From Fimbriimonadia bacterium (GTDB lineage Bacteria; Armatimonadota; Fimbriimonadia; Fimbriimonadales; JABRVX01), in NCBI GenBank assembly GCA_041483895.1, contig JBGPGO010000010.1:103069-167068 (forward strand): a stretch of 64,000 bases of DNA, given 5' to 3'. Shown here piece after piece: positions 58,763 through 64,000 of this stretch (positions within the stretch are counted from its first letter, which is position 1; every line of letters begins with the position of its first letter). Both the position numbers and the translations under genes were made by a program. The notes beneath the pieces are model-generated. The model was not told the DNA's origin. It saw only the letters and a program-made list of their open reading frames with translations, and searched no databases.

Positions 58763-60487
58763 CTATTTTTCGGTGGGAAGGATGATGCCGCGCATGATCA
58801 CGTTCTGGGCGAACAGGAAGACCAGAAGCGTCGGAATGGCGGAAATTGTGAGGGCGGCCATCGTCACGAACTTCGGCGCCCGGACCTGCAACTCGTATAG
58901 CCAGACCATCACCGTCCACATCTTCTGGTCCTGGCACACGAGGAACGCGTACATAAACGCCCCGTAGGCCCCAAGGAACGCCTGCAGCGCGATGACCGCA
59001 AACACCGGCTTGCTGAGCGGCAAGGCGACGCGGCGGAACATCGTCATTTCAGACGCCCCGTCCATGGTGCCCGCCTCATATAGCTCCCTTGGCAGGCTGT
59101 CGAAAAATCCTTTGAGCAGGAAGATGGCATACCCGCTCGCAACGCCGGGCAACACAAGAGCCCAGAAGGTGTTGAGCATATTGAAATTCTTAAGGAGCAA
59201 GAAGCTGGGGATCATCGCTACTTCCGCCGGGAACGCCATAGTGGCGAGCAGGAAGAGCAGAATGCGGCCCGTCGAACGCATGGGGAATCGGGAGAGGGCA
59301 TACGCGCATAGCGGGTTGACGATGAGCTGCGAAAGCACCATGATCGCGCAGAAAATAACGGTCACCCAGACCGCGCGGCCATGCAGCAAAATGTAGTTGA
59401 GAACGTATCGATAGTTGCGGGTGGCGAAGTCGGTGCGCAGCTCACCCATGCTCTGTTGAACGTGTTTCCAGTCGGCTGCCTCCTGGATGCCGATGAGGTC
59501 GGTCGGCTTCACGCCGGCCTTTTGCGCGAACTCCATTTCCAGCGTTGCGGGCGCCAATTCATCGTCTTTAGCGTTCTGCACGCGGGTTTCCAGGGCGGTG
59601 CGTTGTTTATAATCGGTGAGGTCGACGCCCGCCAGCGCGTTATGGAATTTGCCGTCCGCGCCCTTGATCAGGAGGTATCGATATGGCATGCGCTCCCGAA
59701 GACATTGCACCCAATCGGCTCGCGCCGCGGCGTTCGGTGGCTCGGCGCCAAACGGGATCTGCTGGATGTTCAAGTAGTCCGTTTTCCAGGCCGCGTTAAG
59801 CTTTTTGATGTCGCCGTTGTACTGTATTTTGAGGAACTCCTGGAAGACGCGATCGGCGCGAACAGGGATGCGGAAATAGGCCGGCAGGGTCGGTTTGAAC
59901 TCGAGCCAATCTCTGGTTTTTTGGTCGTCACGAAACTGAAAATCCCGGCGGTGAAGGAGCTCGATCGGAGGCTCCAGGGTCTGAAACTGGGCGTTTTCCT
60001 CCGTGTATCGAGCATTAAGCGCCGTGAGATCGTTGTGGAAATGCGCGATACAAAACTCTTGGTATTTTTCATTGAGAAGGCTGGTCGGGCGGACAACTGT
60101 GACCCGAAAGCCGATGGAATAGTCCTCCGCCTTCAGCCCAGCGACAAATTCGTCCCATTTCGCGACGAGGTCCGCCGGAAATTGGCGGGTAGGAAGTTCG
60201 ACCTTCGCGGCATTCGAGACGGCTGTTCCGAAGGCAAAGTTGATTTCATCCGGGCTGTCGGCGTACTTGTCCTCGGCATATTTCGCGAACAGCGCTCGCC
60301 TATCCCGAAGGTACGCGGGGATGATCCTGCCGTCGTTCTGGTCCACGCTGCTCTTCATCCCGGTCGTAAGCATGGTCAGGAAAGGGAATATCATCGTGAT
60401 GGCGCCGAGCACAAGCGCGGTGTACAGGCCAAGCAGCACCAACCGGGTTTTGAGATATCTCCGACCGACTGTCGGGATGATGGGCAC
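58763..60487 (-). CDS. Carbohydrate ABC permease (MalG type) with large extracytoplasmic insert
   Basis: AYALSRF, LPRELYEAGTMDGA EAA loop; about 320-aa soluble insert after TM1. Confidence 0.9.
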   Translation of the reverse strand: MPIIPTVGRRYLKTRLVLLGLYTALVLGAITMIFPFLTMLTTGMKSSVDQNDGRIIPAYLRDRRALFAKYAEDKYADSPDEINFAFGTAVSNAAKVELPTRQFPADLVAKWDEFVAGLKAEDYSIGFRVTVVRPTSLLNEKYQEFCIAHFHNDLTALNARYTEENAQFQTLEPPIELLHRRDFQFRDDQKTRDWLEFKPTLPAYFRIPVRADRVFQEFLKIQYNGDIKKLNAAWKTDYLNIQQIPFGAEPPNAAARADWVQCLRERMPYRYLLIKGADGKFHNALAGVDLTDYKQRTALETRVQNAKDDELAPATLEMEFAQKAGVKPTDLIGIQEAADWKHVQQSMGELRTDFATRNYRYVLNYILLHGRAVWVTVIFCAIMVLSQLIVNPLCAYALSRFPMRSTGRILLFLLATMAFPAEVAMIPSFLLLKNFNMLNTFWALVLPGVASGYAIFLLKGFFDSLPRELYEAGTMDGASEMTMFRRVALPLSKPVFAVIALQAFLGAYGAFMYAFLVCQDQKMWTVMVWLYELQVRAPKFVTMAALTISAIPTLLVFLFAQNVIMRGIILPTEK

Positions 60488-60604
60488 GTTCGGGACCTCG
60501 CGGGTTTCAGCTTCGGCAGGCGGGCAGTTCCGTCCTGCCTGTAGTTAATCGTGTGTGTCTGGAGCCGCGAACGGTAGGGATTTGCCGCCCGTTGGTATCG
60601 AAAA

Positions 60605-61483
60605 ATGAGAAAAAGGCCGATTTGGTATCATTTTGATCAGTTTCACCGATGTCCGATGGAGGCCTCTGGGCAGGACTCTAGGTTCAGGTGGCCGAACATC
60701 CCCCCAATGGATCACGCCAGTTGGACGATCCGCATTCTCTTCTTCCTGTTCGCCGCCGCGGTCTTGGGCCGGATCCGGGCGGCAAAACGGGGGAAACAGA
60801 TATTCATTCGGCGCATCCGGGGCATCGACGCTCTGGAGGAGGCGGTTGGCCGTGCGACGGAAATGGGGCGGCCGATCATGTTCGTCCCAGGAACAGCCGG
60901 TTTTGACAATATGGCGACGCCCGCCGGTCTACAGGTGTTGGAGTACGTCGCCAAGAATACCGCGCGATATCACGTCCGGATGATCGTCCCTTGCTATGTT
61001 CCCGTCGTCCTCCCCGTTGTGAAAAACATCTATGAGCAGGCCTGCCGGGAGGTGGACCGCACTGAGGTCTACAATTCGGACGATATTCGCTACTATTCCG
61101 ATAACCAGAGCGCCTTTGCCGCCGCCGCGGCGGGAACGATGATTCGTGAACAGGTCGCCGCCTGCTTCTATTTCGGCTCCTTTGGATTCGAGTCGCTGCT
61201 GCTTGCGGAGACGGGCCAACGAATCGGCGCCATTCAAGTGGCTGCCACGAACGACACGTTTCAGATCCCGTTCTTCCTCTGCGCATGCGATTACACGCTG
61301 ATCGGCGAGGAGCTGTTTGCCGCCAGCGCGTATTTGGGCCGCCAGCCGACGCAGCTCGGCAGTACCAGCGGCCAGGATATCGGCAAATTGCTTGTATGTT
61401 TCATGATCATCGTCGGATCGATTGCGGCCTTTGCGGCTGATTCGTCCGGATTCTCTTGGGCGTTGGGTCTATTCTCGCGATGA
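60605..61483 (+). CDS. DUF6754-like membrane protein
   Basis: IRRIRGIDALEEAVGRATEMGRP, ESLLLAE, QIPFF..ACDYTLIGEELFAASAY, GQD; start uncertain. Confidence 0.75.
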   Translation: MRKRPIWYHFDQFHRCPMEASGQDSRFRWPNIPPMDHASWTIRILFFLFAAAVLGRIRAAKRGKQIFIRRIRGIDALEEAVGRATEMGRPIMFVPGTAGFDNMATPAGLQVLEYVAKNTARYHVRMIVPCYVPVVLPVVKNIYEQACREVDRTEVYNSDDIRYYSDNQSAFAAAAAGTMIREQVAACFYFGSFGFESLLLAETGQRIGAIQVAATNDTFQIPFFLCACDYTLIGEELFAASAYLGRQPTQLGSTSGQDIGKLLVCFMIIVGSIAAFAADSSGFSWALGLFSR

Positions 61484-63177
61484 GCCGTTGGAAAAAGGGG
61501 CTGATCTGGTTTCTCACGTTTTTCTTCGGCCTGTATTACATCGTCGAGTTTATGTTTCCGGAGGAGATCGGCGGATCGATTGACCGGAGCGGTGTCGGTG
61601 CGGCGACGGCGGTGCAGGCCAACGGCTGGAAAATCTATTACACCGCGATCGCCGGCCCCAAGAAGCCCGACGGATCGCCCGATGAGAAACTGCTGACCTA
61701 TCGCATCACGCGATTTCCGATCGAATCACCGCTCGATAGGCAAGTTGTCTTGGCGCCGAGCGCGTTTCGGAAAGGCGACTATTTCGGCTGTAAGAATCCG
61801 TCGATTCTAATCAATAACGATTTGTGGCGCATGTGGTATGTCGGCGTGTCGTTTGATAATCGGCGCCCGAAGGTGATGGTTGCGGAGAGCAGCGACGGCC
61901 TTCAGTGGACCGGGGCGCGCGAGCTGATACCCGATCCGCTTCAGCGCAATGCGAGGTTGAAGCGCATAGAGGATGATTATGAACAACAGCGCATCGACCT
62001 GGGCCGTGATCCCCAGGCGTTGAAGGGTGCCGGCGTTCAACACGATCGCGCGGTCCAACAGGTCCGGGATGAAACGGATTGGCTGAGCGGAGGCATTGAC
62101 TCGGTGTGCGTGCGGCGTGAGGGAGATGGGTATCGCATGTGGTTCGTCGGCAAGGGACCGGATAACGATTCGGTAGGGTATGCCAGTAGCACGGATGGGC
62201 TCCGTTGGGTGATCCAGCACAATCCGATTCAGTTGTCAAAAACCTATCAGCGGATCACATCAGTTACGGCGGGTCCGAATCGTCATGTGTGGGATTTGGT
62301 TTTTGTCGCGGATGGGACCACGTATTGGCAGCGGTACCCAGATGGCGTGGAGCGGCCCCTTGTCGTCGAAACCGGGCGGCGCTCTTATGGCAGCGTCTCC
62401 GTCGATCTGGTGCAAGATGGCGACAAATATCTCCTAACAACATCATATCTGCTCGAACACGGCGAACAGGCGCTCGAGATGTTTCGCGGCGACCCGATCG
62501 CGGGATGGAGCGCCTATGGGCCGGAGGCGTCCCCAGGGCCAGGCGGATATCCCGTCTTTCCCAAAGCCGTACCCACGATATCCCGTATCGCCAGTTGGGT
62601 GGCAATCGTCAGCGCATTTGCCGTCGGGATCGGTCTGATCGGCCTGTTCCGCATCCATGTTGGACGGTTGTTCAAAAGGCAATCGGGATGGCTGGATTCC
62701 GGCGGATTTCTCGTCGGCCTGTTCGCGATGGGAGTTGCCCTGATCTTGCAGAGACGATTGGACGATCTGGGTCCGAACGGCGCTGTGAATCCCAAGTACC
62801 GTCTCTTCGTCGAGCGATTCTTCGATCTGACATGGCAGCAGATCCTAGTCCCGCTAACGGCGACGATGTTTTCCCTTCTCGCCTGTTTTCTGGTCTCCGC
62901 AGCGTATCGCGCGTTTCGGATTCGCGGCCGAGACGCGACGGTGCTCGCCATTTCCGCCACCATTGTCTTGTTGGCGCAGGTGCCAATCGGGGACATGCTC
63001 ACCAATTGGATGCCGCCGGGCATGGAGGCGTCGTTCGGCACGGCGGCCGTGCGCCAATGGTATCTGGACCTTGCCAACTCGGCGGTTCAGCGCGGGATTG
63101 CGTTCGGTGTCTTCGTCGGAGCGCTTGCGATGGCTCTTCGGATTTGGCTCTCGCTCGATCGGATAGGCGTGGAATGA
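61480..63177 (+). CDS. Multi-TM membrane protein with inserted GH32/43-like propeller segments
   Basis: ATGA-coupled; WRMWYVG..AESSDGLQW and YRMWFVG..YASSTDGLRW; C-terminal TMFSLLA..SAAYRAFR..VPIG..QRGI. Confidence 0.75.
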   Translation: MSRWKKGLIWFLTFFFGLYYIVEFMFPEEIGGSIDRSGVGAATAVQANGWKIYYTAIAGPKKPDGSPDEKLLTYRITRFPIESPLDRQVVLAPSAFRKGDYFGCKNPSILINNDLWRMWYVGVSFDNRRPKVMVAESSDGLQWTGARELIPDPLQRNARLKRIEDDYEQQRIDLGRDPQALKGAGVQHDRAVQQVRDETDWLSGGIDSVCVRREGDGYRMWFVGKGPDNDSVGYASSTDGLRWVIQHNPIQLSKTYQRITSVTAGPNRHVWDLVFVADGTTYWQRYPDGVERPLVVETGRRSYGSVSVDLVQDGDKYLLTTSYLLEHGEQALEMFRGDPIAGWSAYGPEASPGPGGYPVFPKAVPTISRIASWVAIVSAFAVGIGLIGLFRIHVGRLFKRQSGWLDSGGFLVGLFAMGVALILQRRLDDLGPNGAVNPKYRLFVERFFDLTWQQILVPLTATMFSLLACFLVSAAYRAFRIRGRDATVLAISATIVLLAQVPIGDMLTNWMPPGMEASFGTAAVRQWYLDLANSAVQRGIAFGVFVGALAMALRIWLSLDRIGVE

Positions 63178-63202
63178 CCTACGCCAGGGGTACCCTTATG
63201 CC

Positions 63203-63799
63203 ATGTTCTTTCGTAAGGCGAGCGAGCCGGAAGCGCAACCGGAATGGCTGATCGTCGGGCTGGGAAATCCAGGGATGCAATACTCCAACACTCGTCATAA
63301 CGTGGGCCAGCGGTTGGCGCGCATGTTTGCCAAAGAACACGACATTCGGTTGGAGAAGCGTAGATTCCGGTCACTGTTCGGCAGCGGCATGGTCGGCGAA
63401 ATCCCCGTTGTGATTGCGCTGCCGATGACCTTTATGAATCTGTCTGGGGACGCCGTGTCGACGCTGATGCGTCATTTCGATCTCAAACCCGACCGGCTGT
63501 TGGTTCTGGCGGACGAGCTCAATCTTCCCACCGGAAAGATTCGCATTCGCACCAAGGGGTCGGCCGGTGGGCAGAAGGGGCTGGAGAATATCATCGCCCG
63601 GTTGCGGACGGAGGAGTTTGGCAGGCTGCGAATCGGGATTGACCGACCGGGACCTGGTTTGGAAAGTGACTATGTTTTGAGCCCCTTTTCCCGCGACGAG
63701 ATGGAGGCGATAGAGTCTGCGCTGCGGACGGCAACGCAGGCGATAGAGCTTTACATCTCGGAGGGCCCAGAGCGGACGATGAACGAATTCAACCGCTAA
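63203..63799 (+). CDS. pth: Peptidyl-tRNA hydrolase
   Basis: LIVGLGNPG..Y..TRHNVG, TFMNLSG, RLRIGI. Confidence 0.96.
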   Translation: MFFRKASEPEAQPEWLIVGLGNPGMQYSNTRHNVGQRLARMFAKEHDIRLEKRRFRSLFGSGMVGEIPVVIALPMTFMNLSGDAVSTLMRHFDLKPDRLLVLADELNLPTGKIRIRTKGSAGGQKGLENIIARLRTEEFGRLRIGIDRPGPGLESDYVLSPFSRDEMEAIESALRTATQAIELYISEGPERTMNEFNR

Positions 63800-63849
63800 C
63801 CCCGGTAGCCTCTCCGGTAGCCGCACGCTTTAGCTTGCGCAGTAGCATT

Positions 63850-63965
63850 AACCCCCTCCCCCGCTTGCGGGGGAGGGTTGGGGTGGGGGTCTTCCATGTT
63901 CGGCACACCTGCAACTTCGGGATTGGTGCCCACCCCCGCAACCGGGTAAGGGTTGGGGTGGGGGG
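63850..63965. repeat. REP-like family A copies (one intact, one degenerate)
   Basis: 63850-63889 is identical to 1811-1850; degenerate copy near 63929-63965. Confidence 0.85.
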
Positions 63966-63978
63966 TAAAAGCGTAGTC

Positions 63979-64000
63979 GTGTTGGGGTCTTTGGTGTCAA
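63979..64000. repeat. Start of a family B element, cut by the window edge
   Basis: GTGTTGGGGTCT. Confidence 0.55.

Overview
64 kb of a GC-rich bacterial chromosome. PEP-CTERM proteins plus several secreted proteins with a C-terminal dockerin/EF-hand-like tail suggest Armatimonadota; this is inference only. The housekeeping backbone is flotillin, moaA, thrS, dapA-like, prs-glmU-tRNA-Gln, comEA, accB, thrC, plsY, pyrD, a partial atp operon (I-B-E-F-H) with pyrE, tsaE-tsaB, ndk and pth. Two accessory islands interrupt it. (1) 12.8-16.1 kb: an anti-phage-type kinase-dCTP deaminase, a downstream Zn-ribbon/NDT(TIR-like)-domain gene, and an upstream ~255-nt promoter-to-hairpin unit carrying an unannotated 57-aa ORF (AvcI-like position). 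(2) 20.1-23.1 kb: a Fic gene and a gene remnant bracketed by two diverged copies of the 3' end of a DinB-family gene, then an orphan HaeII-like nuclease coupled to a Cys-rich microprotein. Other notable points are several families of short palindromic repeats, three of them inserted in-frame in protein-coding genes; a 70-bp-period hairpin array before ndk; a widespread TAnnnT-N5-8-start (leaderless) signature; a decayed TMEM175 channel gene; and an uncharacterised DUF6754-type membrane gene pair. All family assignments come from motifs read by eye; no searches were run.
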